Shown: positions 23,059 to 36,283, numbered from the whole stretch's first letter. The stretch is DNA of 63,037 bases, filler included, from Basidiobolus ranarum (GCA_040143965.1; 41 parts of 41 records of this genome joined end to end with filler, not necessarily neighbours in it), one strand, 5' to 3'. Numbers and translations: made by a program. Notes: generated from the letters alone by a model not told the origin.

Positions 23059-24699
23059 NNNNNNNNNNNNNNNNNNNNNNNNNNNNNNNNNNNNNNNNNN
23101 NNTTAATTAATTAANNNNNNNNNNNNNNNNNNNNNNNNNNNNNNNNNNNNNNNNNNNNACTTGAATCCATGTTTTGAATGCTCTCTCATCTGCAAATTAT
23201 CTAGATGACTTTGTACTCACTGATGGCAGAGGTCTCTTCGAACAAAAAGGCGTCCAAAGATAGACAAGGAATTGGAAAGGAATCAAAGGAAGCAGAAGTT
23301 TGCTTCAAACAGGAATATAAACCTTGAGAGAAAGTGTAGGAAAATCCCGAACAATACCACTACACTGAAGGAGGGAATCGGCTCAATATATATCGGCCAC
23401 ATCGCCACACTACCAATCAGGTAGCTTTTGATTTCACAATTTTGATATTTGCCATAAACGTTCCAACACTAATTCAACTACTCGCAAAAGAAAATCTGCC
23501 TCTATATGGTAGCAATATTCCGTCAATTGGATCCAACAATTGATTGATTGATTGATAGTGCAGTTTTGCACGGCTCTGGTTATACAAATTCGACACATTT
23601 AAAACCACCAAGATTGATAGCCCAATATGAGCAAATGATGCATACTAATTAATTCGTCCCACCAATCATGCTTGCACTGGGCATATATCTCACTTTACTG
23701 ACAACCTGTTTGATCAACAGTACCACTACGAAATACTTCATAAGCTTTAGAGTTCCCTCTCTCTCTCTATTCATTTGATCGATCAATTGTGGACAATTGT
23801 GCGACAAATTTAGCTGTTGAAGTGAGAAAAAAATTTAAAAAATATATGCTGTGTACACTATGATTTGGTCACATTTTACACCGAGATTTCATCCTTCGAA
23901 AAGCAAGAAAATTCTCAGTTTAGCCACAAATAGATAAGGTGTGACCACTTCTAGTTATATTTGGTTTCATTATGTTGAATAAAAAGGACGATTTGTATAT
24001 GCACCGTTATCACTGTTTATATTGAACACGAGTAGTAATGTTGTGCAAAGGTTATGCTGATAAGAACTAGACCTGAAATGTGTTTCCTTTATGTTACAGG
24101 TGATTCTCGATGCAAATAGATCGGGGGTTTTGTTTCTGTTGAGTGTAGTTTGTTAAAATGCATCGAAAGACAGCGTTTATTGGAACTAATCGACGATAGA
24201 TGTCAGTTAGTCAGTATATTGTAGATTCCAAACATTCGGCTATGATTGTTACTATGACGTTAGTGGCATTGCTTGGGCAGACGCAAATAAGTCCATAGAA
24301 GTTATCTTCGAGAAAGAAGCCGCTTAGCATCTATTGCTAATGGTGATGACAATTGAGTGCGAGCATATTCTTCATCAAATGAATATTGATAAGAACACTT
24401 GGAAAATAACTAGTCTACATACATTGGATTCGATTCCACTACATTTAGTATTCCAGAATAGGATAATGCAGATGGGCAAAGTCATTCTGGCATGAATTAT
24501 GACTAGTAAATTGAAGCTTCATCTTGTCGTTGGATATATTAGATTAGAAGTGTTCACAAAAAATATGAATAGAGGTTCTTTTTAATTTACAAATACCAAN
24601 NNNNNNNNNNNNNNNNNNNNNNNNNNNNNNNNNNNNNNNNNNNTTAATTAATTAANNNNNNNNNNNNNNNNNNNNNNNNNNNNNNNNNNNNNNNNNNNN

Positions 24700-26140
24700 T
24701 AACCAAACCATTCTCTTCTTCTTCAACTTCTGATATACTACCATTGGTACTGGAATAATCAAGGTCATCATCCAGCAGCAAGTCCTCAAAGTTGTCTGGA
24801 CTTACTGGTTTGACCAAAGTTGCATTTTGACCAACATCATTCCGGTCATAAAACTGTAGTAACACCATGGTATCTTGACTTTTGGCAGTATTACCAAAAC
24901 TTTGAGGCAAACTACAGTCATTGGACTCAATGGGCAAAACTAAAGTCAATTTAGTGTACTGATTACTATTGTCATACACCATGCTCTGTGCAGCTGGTGG
25001 CTTTGTACAGTGACCATGCTTGTGGTTACTTTTTCTATCAAGCCTCTGGCTTTTGTAGAACAAGAATTTGCAACAATAATAGCAGGGCTTCTTTAAACAT
25101 TTGTGTTGTGGCATGAGAAGGAGATTGTAGAAAAAACACATGAGGAAAAAACCAGCAGGAACAGAGGACTTAATTGATGAGCAGTCTAGTAATCCACTAT
25201 CCACTTTGAAAGGCATTAACATGCCAGAAACTAACTCAGGTAATGATGAAGCATTGATCAATTTACCAGATGTGTTCCTTTCAAGCAATAGTGCATGTGA
25301 ACAGATTGTAATCCCTCAGTGATGTAGTAAAGCAATAGTTGAGTAAACTTACACCAAAACACTATCAAGACCATCAACTTTGAAAGGGGCTATTTTGCCC
25401 ACCATTGAACAACCCTCCGTAGAAAATTTGGATAGAATTATTACAACAATGGAGTCACAGGCAGAATACCATAATGATTTGTATGCAAACATAAGTAAAA
25501 ACTATGAAGTTGCTATACAGGCCATGACAAGTGATAATGCTACACTATCGCAATTGAGGCAGTGTTCAGAAGCAACTGGTCAACAGTTAGAGAGTCTCTC
25601 AACAATGATACAAGACCTTCAGAATGCTGCACTGGAGCTACAGCAACATGCTGCTCCCTCCTTCCATTCTCATATGGGATTTCAATCAATCCCACACCAT
25701 ATATATGCACATCACCATGACAATTTGGCAGAGCAGAATATGTGTTGGACCATTAAGCCTACACAACAACCCAAAATTGCTGGGCAGATGAAAGTAGCAA
25801 TCTCATAGGGAAACCTGCAAACCAAAACACTCTGAATGACAGAGCTGTTGTCACTTGCTCAGATGATGAGTGGTTTAACATTTTGGAAACTATGTGGAAT
25901 CTTGCCTAAAATCATATGGATTTGAGCCAATTGTGGAAAAACCAAAAACCAGGCCTTACTCCAAAGGTTCTTGATATATTTCATGTGGCTTATCCTGGTT
26001 TTTTTGCAAACAAAGGGCAAATGGGCTGGTATAGCCCTATTCATGAAACATCTCAGAAATGTACGCCATTATTGACTTGGAAAAGAAAGAAAAGCAGCTA
26101 AAGAAGTACTCAAGGAGCAGGAAGTCAGTAAACCCAAGGG
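24700..26140. mobile_element. CACTA-like fragment lacking most of the intergenic region (deletion at about 25140): transposase 5' (-) and long ORF2 piece (+)
   Basis: ORF2 coiled-coil ISKNYEVAIQAM..LQNAALELQQH, then DDEWFNILET.WNL..MDLSQLWKNQKPG. Confidence 0.85.
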
Positions 26141-26240
26141 NNNNNNNNNNNNNNNNNNNNNNNNNNNNNNNNNNNNNNNNNNNNTTAATTAATTAANNNN
26201 NNNNNNNNNNNNNNNNNNNNNNNNNNNNNNNNNNNNNNNN

Positions 26241-26483
26241 TCGAACTTGCCACAGTATATTCCCTATTCAGTATATTATGTTTCACCTTGCAATATCTAT
26301 ATAAGCACCATATATTTCTTGATCAGACCTCAGTCTGATCAACACCAGTTAACAATAAAGATTCTTGCCAAAGTATCTTCCTTGTCCAGTCTTGTCTTGT
26401 CTTGTGGTCAACACCCAAGTACTCTCCTGCCTTCTATCCTCTTGTTGTTGTTCCCAGTCCTTGTCCAGTTCCTTATTATGACA
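26241..26483 (+). repeat. LTR-E 3' half, inserted in a CACTA copy
   Basis: Ends CTTATTATGACA and contains the 26319-26342 hairpin. Confidence 0.85.
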
Positions 26484-26877
26484 GATACTTACTCTGAATC
26501 TATGGATTGTGCTTTGTTGCTGTTATTGTGCTCAAACAATGCAAAAACCCATAAGAACATTTAAAAGAGCCTTTTGTTGGAAGGTTAATATACTCTGGAG
26601 TCTCTTTAATGCATTGCATTATATCCATCACTGATTTTGTTGATACATTGTAAATCAGATTAGCATATGGTATTGCTGACAATTTCACAAGGAGCATGAT
26701 TTCACCACAGGTGGGCTCCATCAGGAACTCCCAGAATGTATAGCAAGGGCCTATAATCTCTAAGTATTGAGAAAGATGTCACAGGGAATATATTGAATAC
26801 TGGCATAGAATCAATCTATTTTCTTTAAACCTGTAATAAAGTTTTTCATTTCCAATTACAAATCTTTGCACAGTCAC
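26484..26877 (-). mobile_element. CACTA-like transposase fragment
   Basis: FWEFLMEPTCGEIML.VK.S..PYANLI. Confidence 0.85.
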
Positions 26878-26984
26878 TGTTGAACTTAGAATTGCCTAAG
26901 CACCTATATAGTCATATATAGCTTAGTACTTAGTTATGTTATAATCCACTCCAATATTATCTATTATTTTCAATTGGAATTTAC
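26878..26984 (+). repeat. LTR-C 5' part, interrupted by an inverted copy of the same family
   Basis: TGTTGAAC start, stops at GGAATTTAC. Confidence 0.75.
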
Positions 26985-27681
26985 TGTTAAAGGATTTGGG
27001 AGCCTGTTGGAAGTGGTTTGGAGAGTTAGATGAATTGGTGGTTTTTCACTTAGTGATTTATTAGGTAAAAAGTTGATGTTGGTAGTTTTGTCAAGATGTA
27101 AACAGAAAAACATGTATAATGTGTCAACAAAGGTCCAGGGAGCATGTGTGCAAAGTTTGGGGCTTCTAGCACAAGTTTGAAAACTCTATATATCTGAGAG
27201 CTTCTAAGTTGGTAAAAATATTCTAAGCACATTCTGATTGAGAATAATAGATAATATTGCAGTGATTTATAACATAACTAAGTACTAAGCTATATATGGC
27301 TATATAGGTGTTTAGGCAAAGCTTATTTCAATACTCTCACTCAACCAAATAGTAATATAAGCTAATCCTAATAAAGGTCAAAATTTCTCAAATTTCTCTC
27401 TAGCTAATGGTTTGGTTAATATATCAGCAATCATGTCTTTGGTAGAACAATAAGTTAAGTCAATAAGCTTATTCTATATAGTCTCTTTAATGAAGCCATG
27501 TATTCAGCTTCTGTTGTTGAAAGTGCTATGGTAGGTTGTTTCTTTGAATTCCAAGAAATAGCTCCATTATAGCAAAGAAATAAGTATCCTGTTGTAGATC
27601 TCCTGTCTTCAATATCTCTTCCCCAATTTGCATCTGAATATCCCATCAGATCAAAGTTTGATCCAGAATATGTGTATTTTA
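26985..27681 (-). mobile_element. 3' end of the LTR-C copia element: RNase H (27681-27360), polypurine tract (27344-27334), 3' LTR (27333-26985)
   Basis: GYSDANWGRDIEDRRSTTGY, MIADILTKPL, PPT TTGAGTGAGAG directly before the LTR. Confidence 0.88.
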
Positions 27682-27781
27682 NNNNNNNNNNNNNNNNNNN
27701 NNNNNNNNNNNNNNNNNNNNNNNNNTTAATTAATTAANNNNNNNNNNNNNNNNNNNNNNNNNNNNNNNNNNNNNNNNNNNN

Positions 27782-29121
27782 TCCAGGTGATTTTGGGCAA
27801 GATTCTGCATAGTTTCCAAAATGTTAAACCACTCTTCATTGAAGCCAGTGATGGCAGCTCTGACATTCAGAGTCTTTTGGTTTGCCAGTTTTCCTATGAT
27901 ATTTCTACTTTCAAGTGCCCAAGCAATTCTGAGTCATTGTGTAGGCTTAATGGTCCAACACATATTCTGCTCTGCTAGATTGTCTTGGTGACATTTATAT
28001 GGATGGTGGGGAATTGACAGAAATCCCATATGAGAATGGATGATGGAGGCAGCCTGTTGCTGTAGCTCAAGTGCAGCATTCTGAAGGTCTTGTATCATTG
28101 TTGAGTGACTCTCTTACTGTTGACTAGTTGCTTCCAAATGCTGCATTAATTGTAATATTGTGGCATTATTGCTTGTCATGGCTGGTATAGCAACTTTGTA
28201 GTTTTTACTTATGATTGCATACAAATCATTATGGTGTTCTGCTTACAATTCCCTTATTGTAATAGTTCTATCAAAATTTTCTGCAGAGGGTTATTTAATA
28301 GTGGGCAAAGTAGCTATTTTGGGATTTGATGGTCTTGATGGTGTTTTGGTTGAACTTTTCCCAACTATTGATTTACTATGAAATTGGGGGCTTACAATTT
28401 CTTCACTTGCACTATTGATGGGAAGTAACACATCTGGTAAATTGATGAATGCTTCATCATTACTGGAGTTAGTTTCTGGCATCTTAATGCCTTCCCAAGT
28501 GGATAGTGGATCACTAGACTGCTCATTAATTAAGTCCTCTGTTCTTGCTGGTTTTTTTCCTTTTGTGCCAGCAGGCTTTGGAAGCCAATTTTGATTTATA
28601 TTTTGAATGCTTTTTGTATGGCATTGATATTTTCAGATGGTAAACTTGGTGCAATGAAATTGCTTAGAAACAGCTTATAATAAACCAAAATTGCCATCCA
28701 TTACCGGAAATATCTTTTAAATCCCCTAACAACTCACCTGTGACATCATCTCAAAATCAGCTGATGACATTGATAGGCTATATCTAAAATACCACCGTTA
28801 CATAGGAGCTGTTTTTTTTTCTACAATTTTGTTCTCAGACTACAACACAAACATTTATAGAAGCTCTGCTATTATTGTCACAAACTCTTGTGCTATCAAG
28901 GCTGTAGGCTTCATAGAAAATAATCACAAGCACAGTCACTGTACAAAGCCACCAGCTGCACAAAGCCTGGTGTATAACAACAGTAATAAGCGTACTAAAT
29001 TGACTTTAGTTTTGCCCTTTGAGTCCACTGACTGTACTTTGCCTCAAAGTTTTGGTAACACTGCCAAAAATTAAGATACCATGGAGTCACCGCAGTTATA
29101 TGACCAGAATGATGTAGGTAG
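27782..29121. mobile_element. CACTA-like central region (ORF2 -, transposase 5' +), then an LTR-C end at 29122-29221
   Basis: Colinear with 16990-17890. Confidence 0.85.
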
Positions 29122-30340
29122 TGTTAAAATATTTGAGAGCCTGATGGAAGTTGTTTGGAGAATTAGAGGATTTGGTGGTTTTCACTTGTTGACTTAATGG
29201 GTAGAAAGTTCACATTTGTAGNNNNNNNNNNNNNNNNNNNNNNNNNNNNNNNNNNNNNNNNNNNNTTAATTAATTAANNNNNNNNNNNNNNNNNNNNNNN
29301 NNNNNNNNNNNNNNNNNNNNNTTAGCGACAAACAATGGAGTGCCTTTGTGGTGTAGGATCCTTGATCATTTCGCCTTATCTCTCTAATCTACCTCGTTTC
29401 TTTGACCACAGTATACATGTATGTATGTGTACGGGAATGAAGCTTATTTTTAGTTCCTTTTACTGGTTTAATAAATTCTATATAATTTTAGTCCTAAATC
29501 TTCTCAAGTATCTGACAAATACTTCAGCCTCACCATCGGATCAAATTTGTTAGCAACTCACCAGCATAGGTAACTCTCATGTTCGTCGAGATTAGCAATT
29601 TATTAATTCTGAGGAAAGTTTCCGTCATACAGTCTTTAGTAGTCACCACGAAGTATTTGTGACAGTGGATTGATAAGACAACACCTAATATAAATTACAA
29701 TTAAACCAAAATTCTATGTTGTAAAGAACTTCGGCTAAATAGTCTCCGATGGGAATATTTCACTTGAGATAACTTTACTCCGCACGTGTTTCGAAAAGGG
29801 ATGGAATTTGGCAAGATAAATATGACTTTCTTGATATTATTGTAATATTTTTGTGCTAATTGGTCTTATTTTTATATTGTAAGTAAAAAAAGGCGGTAGA
29901 TAAAATACTAAGAATTTCTGTCTCAATTTTTGGCAATGGTAGTTGATTTACCCTCTCAGTATAAAATATGATAACATTACAAGGGTGACAGGCATAGACA
30001 TATGTGAACTTTCAAGAATTGATCATAGGATATCATGTGACAGAGAAGATACCTCAGCTTTCATTCGATCAACTACAAGTTTGAGAGCATGCCTCCATCC
30101 AAGCGCTCTCAAAATATATGAAAGGCCCCGAAATCTACAAACTTATATATATAGCGAGCCGAAAATTTCTCGAATTCTAAGAGTAAATGAATATACCTAT
30201 ACAAACAATACTGTACTATTGTACCAATACTCATAAAATATGCTCGGTTTATTCAAGACATATATGAAACATGCTGTATTTGTAGATTCCAACACATTTA
30301 TTTCTCAAATAAAATTGATGAACTTGACCAAGATATTCAT

Positions 30341-30760
30341 TTATCCAAGAGAGGGAAAAGCCGATTTATCATGAACATTGAGCCCAGAGTTATGAGTTCC
30401 TCTGCTACCCGGTCCGCGGCCTTCAAAGCCAGACCCACGGGTGTCAGTAAAACGCTGCTCAATGCCAACAAAGATTTTATCCTTTTTCTCTTTCTTTCCT
30501 TTGGATTTTTTGTTATTAGAAGTGGGGAAATATTCGGCTTCTTCTTTTTCAAGTGGCACGCTATCTTTCCATTGATTTTCATCAACTCCTTCATTGGGCT
30601 TACGAGCTTGCGGAAGAGACTTTGTGGCAGATTTACTGGTTTTTTCGGCATAGTACTCCTCAAGTGTCTTGGACCTATCCTCAGGTTGAGCAATATTTAG
30701 TTTATCAACCTGACTGTCCAGTCTGGAAGTATCACCTCTGTTTTCTTGAGAGCCCTTTTT
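30341..30760 (-). CDS. STM1: C-terminal part of an Stm1/SERBP1 (HABP4_PAI-RBP1-like) ribosome/RNA-binding protein
   Basis: Open frame from the contig edge: KTLEEYYAEK..ARKPNEGVDENQWK..LEK, RG-rich tail, ending LNVHDKSAFPSLG*. Confidence 0.78.
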   Translation of the reverse strand, partial: KKGSQENRGDTSRLDSQVDKLNIAQPEDRSKTLEEYYAEKTSKSATKSLPQARKPNEGVDENQWKDSVPLEKEEAEYFPTSNNKKSKGKKEKKDKIFVGIEQRFTDTRGSGFEGRGPGSRGTHNSGLNVHDKSAFPSLG

Positions 30761-30861
30761 TNNNNNNNNNNNNNNNNNNNNNNNNNNNNNNNNNNNNNNN
30801 NNNNNTTAATTAATTAANNNNNNNNNNNNNNNNNNNNNNNNNNNNNNNNNNNNNNNNNNNN

Positions 30862-32265
30862 TTCATTTGTGAAATATTGGGAGGCTCCAGAATTAGTATG
30901 CCATATCTGAGATTTCTTTTGGGTCATCATAGATAGAGCAGATATGAACAAGTGATCTTCTGTGGTAATCACAATTCTAGATTCAGTATGTTATTCTTCT
31001 TTTGCAATTCTTTTAAAGCAATCTTTGCTTACATGGCCAGTTCTCTTACAGTAATTGCAGAAAGTGTCATTTCTCTTCTTGAAGTGCTTTTGCTCTTTGT
31101 AGGAAGGTTGTTCATAGCCTATTTAAGCATTTTGATTATTCTTTTGTTTGGATCCTAATTTGCATAAATCTTCATCCAAAAGTCTGCCAAGCACTTAGTT
31201 TAAGGTCATATTTTTAGTTCTGTACTCTAGAGCCATTACTAGGCTCTGAAACTTGTGTTACAGGCTATTCAAGACTGCAATCTAGATAACTTGATCAGTA
31301 CAAAGAACTCCAATGCATTCTATTTCATCTACTAAATAATGACTCTCTTAATTAGTGATTTAATATCATCAACTGGCTGCATCTTTAAGTTAAAGAATTG
31401 TCTTCTTAGAAACATCTTCTTGATGGCAGAACATGCTTGGTGGCTGTTTTCCAAGGCTTTCCATACCTTTGTAGCAGCTTTAGCTTTTGAACATGAATTA
31501 GCAATTTGTCTTTAACATTAAGGCAAATTGTGTTAAAGGTACTTTGTTCTTTTTTAACCTGAAGTAAAGCTTTGGTTTCAGAGAGCTTTGCATTATTTTC
31601 TTCTCCTACAATAGTGTTCAAAAGTCCTTTTTCTTGCAGCAGTATTTTCTTTTTAATTTTCCCAAACTGAATAATTGGTTTCATCCAATTTTTCAGAAGT
31701 GGAAAGAGTTCTCTTTTAACCTGGAGTAAACTTTGGTTTCATATATCTTGCATTGTTTTCCTCTCCTACAACAGTGTCCAAAAGTTCTTTTTCTTGCAGC
31801 AGCATTTTCTTTTTAATTTTGCAAACTTGATCATTGGTTCCATGCACTGTTTCAGATGAGGGAAAAGTTCCATAAACTTGAGAAGTAGACATTACAGAGA
31901 GTGCAAGCTTTGGACTGATAACCTGTTAAAGTATTTGGGAGCCTGTTGGAAGTGGTTTGGGGAAATAGAGAAATTGGTTGCTTTTACTTACTAATTTATT
32001 GAGTAAAAAGTTGATATTTTTAGTTTTGTCAGGATATAAGCAAACTAAAGCTTAAAATATGTTAAGGAAGGTCCCAGGAACAAGTGTTTTGGGGCTTCTA
32101 GTACAAGTTTTAAAAATCTACATATCTGAGAACTGCTAAGTTGGTAAAAATATATCAAGTAAACTCTGATTGAGAACAATGTGTACTATCTTGGTGAAAT
32201 ATAAGATAACTTGTTACTAAGCTATATATGACTGTGTAGGTGTTTAGTCAATGCTAATTTCAACA
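30862..32265 (-). mobile_element. 5' end of the LTR-C copia element: LTR 32265-31924, PBS 31923-31912, gag from ATG 31892, protease motif near 30900
   Basis: TG..CA 342-bp LTR followed directly by GGTTATCAGTCC. gag KKKILLQEKGL, knuckle CNYCKRTGHVSKDC, WHTNSGASQ. Confidence 0.88.
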
Positions 32266-32401
32266 ACAACATCCTCTGAATTCTCCTTTACCAAGGCCAG
32301 ANNNNNNNNNNNNNNNNNNNNNNNNNNNNNNNNNNNNNNNNNNNNTTAATTAATTAANNNNNNNNNNNNNNNNNNNNNNNNNNNNNNNNNNNNNNNNNNN
32401 N

Positions 32402-33841
32402 ACCCGCAAACTAATTGTGTCCATGGATTGGGTTTTGTTGTTGTTACTGTGCTGAAACATTGTGAAAACCCTTGAGCACATTGAAAAGAGCCCTTTGTTA
32501 AATGGTTAATATACTCTGGAGTCTCCTTAACCCATTTCAATACATCTATCACAGATTTTGCTGATGCATTGTTAACCAGATTGGCATATTGTAGTACTCA
32601 CAATTTCACACAGTGCATTATTTCACTATTGGTGCACTCCAGTAGGAACTCCCAGAATGTATAGCAAGGGCCTATAATCTGTAAGTATTGTGAAAGATGC
32701 AGCAGGGAATGTATTAAACACCTGCATAGATTCAGTCTATCTTCTTTAAACCTGTAATAAAGTTTTTCATATCCAATTACAAAATCTTCACACAGTTACT
32801 GTAATAGCCTGAGATCTGCCAATGTGAGTTGATGCCATAAGAATATGTTAACAATATCCACAAACAACTCTCATTTTTGCCAATACTTATAAGGCAGAAA
32901 TCTTTTCAGCATTCCACTTGAATATATATATATCCAATACTTCCAGTCTTTGCATTTGAATGAATGCCTAGAGGAGTGGATATTGATGGGAGTCCCGGTA
33001 AAATTTGATGGTGTCTTGACATTTTCAAGCATTTTTCTAATTGATTCAAACCTTGATCCTATATTGAATGACTCATTTGTATTGAATTTTCAAGTATATA
33101 GCTGAGTAAGTAGTATTGGAATGTTGTTGAATAGTATGCACATAGTGCCTAATGGGAAACTCTGGCTCCAGCTGATCCCCTTTAGCAATATGATCTTAGG
33201 CTTACAGCTAATACCAAGTTTGATGTTGGACTGACCATTTGGAGAATTGATATCAGTAAGCATATTGAAAATTGACCAGGCTCATGATGATAAAATCATA
33301 GAGTTTAGTGTTGTAGCTGGAAAGTAGTAATGCATTTATCTGATAGAGTAAACTCCATTGATTAGACAAAATCTACAGCAAGATAGTGCATTGTGCCCAC
33401 AAAAACCTCCAAGTTTACTGATGGCGGGAGTGTCCCCAGTACATACAATGATTTTAGCTTTAATAAAATATTTACCCATCTGAATGCCATTAGATGACTG
33501 TCCAATTTCTGCAATCAAAGGCTCGAAGAAGCTATTTATAGGCACTGCTGATATTAGTCTAGATATGATGGATAGTAACAAGATATTGTGACTCTTATAC
33601 TATTCAGAAGGAGGAAGATTTAAGTTAATTAAAATTATTGGCAAGCAAGCCTTTCCAATAGAATATTTGTTTAGTGAGAAACTATCCAGAGCCAATGCAA
33701 ATGCCTGATCAAATGTGTTTGCAAAGAAACCTTGACTTTTCACATTCTGGTAGTGATATCAATCAAGTACATTGGTAATACCATCAGCTTTATGGGGAGT
33801 ACTTTGGTATTGGATCAATGACCTATATTTGGGTGATTTCA
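32402..33841 (-). mobile_element. CACTA-like transposase catalytic core
   Basis: ALALDSFS, INLNLPPSE, CTGDTPAISKLGGFCGHNALSCCRFC, GTMCILFNN, YEKLYY, GPCYTFWEF. Confidence 0.9.
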
Positions 33842-33941
33842 NNNNNNNNNNNNNNNNNNNNNNNNNNNNNNNNNNNNNNNNNNNNTTAATTAATTAANNN
33901 NNNNNNNNNNNNNNNNNNNNNNNNNNNNNNNNNNNNNNNNN

Positions 33942-34116
33942 CAATATGGAATTGCCAATTCTCACATTATTCATATATATATATAATATATGTTCCAATT
34001 TTCAGTCAAGTGATATTGGACTAAGTAATGTTAACTATCTTATATGTGATATATGAAATAGTTAGGTGTATAATAATAGAGATAGCAAATATGATAAAGA
34101 TGAGAAAAGTTTAAGA
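33942..34116 (-). repeat. LTR-B 5' part
   Basis: Reverse complement of about 55864-56035. Confidence 0.75.
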
Positions 34117-34580
34117 CAAACAAGTGAACTTAATTTATTGCAATACTGGAAATGTGCTAACAGTTATACTAGTAAAACCACTCAAAACTTCAAGCTCTGA
34201 GAAGTTAAGAGCAGGAATAGGTATTAGTGAATATAAGCACAATGCTGAACAACAATTAAGGGAAGGTGTTGGAAAATTAATCTTGGTTCAACATCTTAGT
34301 TAACTTTAGTTATGATACATACATCAGAAACAGAAAGCAATGTATCTATAGCCCCTATATTGTAAATAGGAATATCTCTATATCTATACAACAAGTATGT
34401 CTTATTATCACCACTCATCTATTATATCTTATTACTCAAACTCCTGAAGATCTCAAACAATTGATATACTTTTCTACTATATAAGCCACTATATACTCTT
34501 AAGAATAAAGCAAGTAAACACACTATGATAAATTTTTTCTAATACAATGTCTACCCCCATTATGTCACAATCCTCCAGCA
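34117..34580 (+). mobile_element. 3' end of the LTR-D copia element: RNase H end, PPT AAGGGAAGG, LTR 34267-34580
   Basis: Colinear with 49660-50122. Confidence 0.85.
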
Positions 34581-34744
34581 GTTTCTCCTGTTTTTGATGA
34601 AGAGCAAGTAGTCAACAAAGTACCACCAAGAGGATGGGCTGCATTCTCACACATCATTGTGTGTGTTTTACCTGATTCAACCAAACAAAGTGGTAAGCTT
34701 TTTACATCTGTACAATAGTCAGCTCCAAGGAGCTTGCCATCAAA

Positions 34745-35380
34745 TTCATTAATACTTTATCATTACTTGAGTTAGTTTCCAGCATGTTAATGCCTTCCAA
34801 AGTAGATAGTGGATTGCTAGACTGCTTATTAATTTAGTCCTCTGTTCTTGCTGGTTTTTTTCCTATTGGGCCATCAGGCTTTGGCTTGCAAGCTGATTTT
34901 GACTTAGATTTTGAATGCTTTTTGAATGGTATTGAAGTTTTCAGATGGGAAACTTGGTGTAATGAAATTGCTTAGAAACATCTTGTAAGAAATCAAAATT
35001 GCCATCCATTACTGGAAATATCTTGTAAATCCCCTGATGACTCATATGTGACACCATTGCAGAATCAGCTGATGATATTGATAGGCTATACCTAAAATAC
35101 CACCCTTATGGGGGAGGTGTTCTTTTTTCTACAACTTCCTTCGCATGTCACCAAACAAACATTTAAAGAAGACCTGCTATTATTGTCACAAATTCTTGAG
35201 CTATGAAAGCTGGAGGCTTCATAGAAAAAATAACCACAAACATGGTCACTGTACAAAGCCACCAGCTGCATAAAGCCTTGTGTATAACAACAGTAATAAG
35301 TGTGCTAAATTTACCTTAGTTTTGCCCTTGGAGTCCACTGACTGTAGTCTGCCGCAAAGTTTTGGTAACATAGCCAAAAG
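34745..35380. mobile_element. CACTA-like central region
   Basis: Colinear with 17205-17840. Confidence 0.85.
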
Positions 35381-35480
35381 NNNNNNNNNNNNNNNNNNNN
35401 NNNNNNNNNNNNNNNNNNNNNNNNTTAATTAATTAANNNNNNNNNNNNNNNNNNNNNNNNNNNNNNNNNNNNNNNNNNNN

Positions 35481-36010
35481 CCAAGAGCTTATTCTCATTG
35501 TCAATGGTAACAAGAGTCAGCTCTTTGCCAAGTGTCAGCACTATTCAAAATTTCAGATGTTTAGCAATTTTTCCACCATTAGTTTGCTGGTAAAGCATGT
35601 TGATGTTATTGAGTTATGTCTCATCTGTCAAGTATGTACACATGTAGAGGCTAAACATAACAAGATTCTTGTATTTTTTGATTCTCATTATGGCTGGAAT
35701 ACAAAGCCTAAAATATCTAAATAAAGGCATGCATATTAGTTTGAATTTCAATAGCAGTAAACCTAGTAATTTGCAATTCAAAAATTAGATTTTTGCAACT
35801 GTTGCCAGATATTGAATAACACATGCCAAATTTGAGAATCAATATTTAAACATGTATGTATACCATCAAAATACCATCAAGAAACCACTATCACACCATC
35901 AAAATCTCTGGCAGAATGCAAGCAACTAATATTGTGATGGTTCTCTCATGGTTTTGCTATTTTGGAGGGTGGATCTGATCTGGCTCAAATCAATTTTATT
36001 TTTGTTAGGG
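35481..36010 (+). mobile_element. CACTA-like right end
   Basis: Ends TTTTTGTTAGGG at 36010. Confidence 0.9.
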
Positions 36011-36283
36011 TATTGACACAATGTATCCTTTATTATCCATATTTGACTTAGGCCTGCTTTCTATCCAATCATATCACACTGTTGGTATCATCCCCCTTTG
36101 TTTGAGATTTATTAATATTAACCCATATTGGCCCTATAATTTTCTCAAATATTTGATGATTGATTGAATTTTGATCAATCAAAACTTGATTCTGCCAGAA
36201 CATTCCAAGAATTTCTGGATTATTCTACCATCTTTCTGAGCATTCTATTGAGTACTAGCTTATGATATATGATGATATAATGC

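Noticed and set aside
24644..25288. 214-aa ORF
   Set aside because: Chimera of antisense ORF2 and the transposase N-terminus created by the deletion at about 25140, and it runs into the linker.
30337..30700. Overlapping 118-aa (-) and 109-aa (+) ORFs
   Set aside because: Shadow frames of the Stm1-like CDS.
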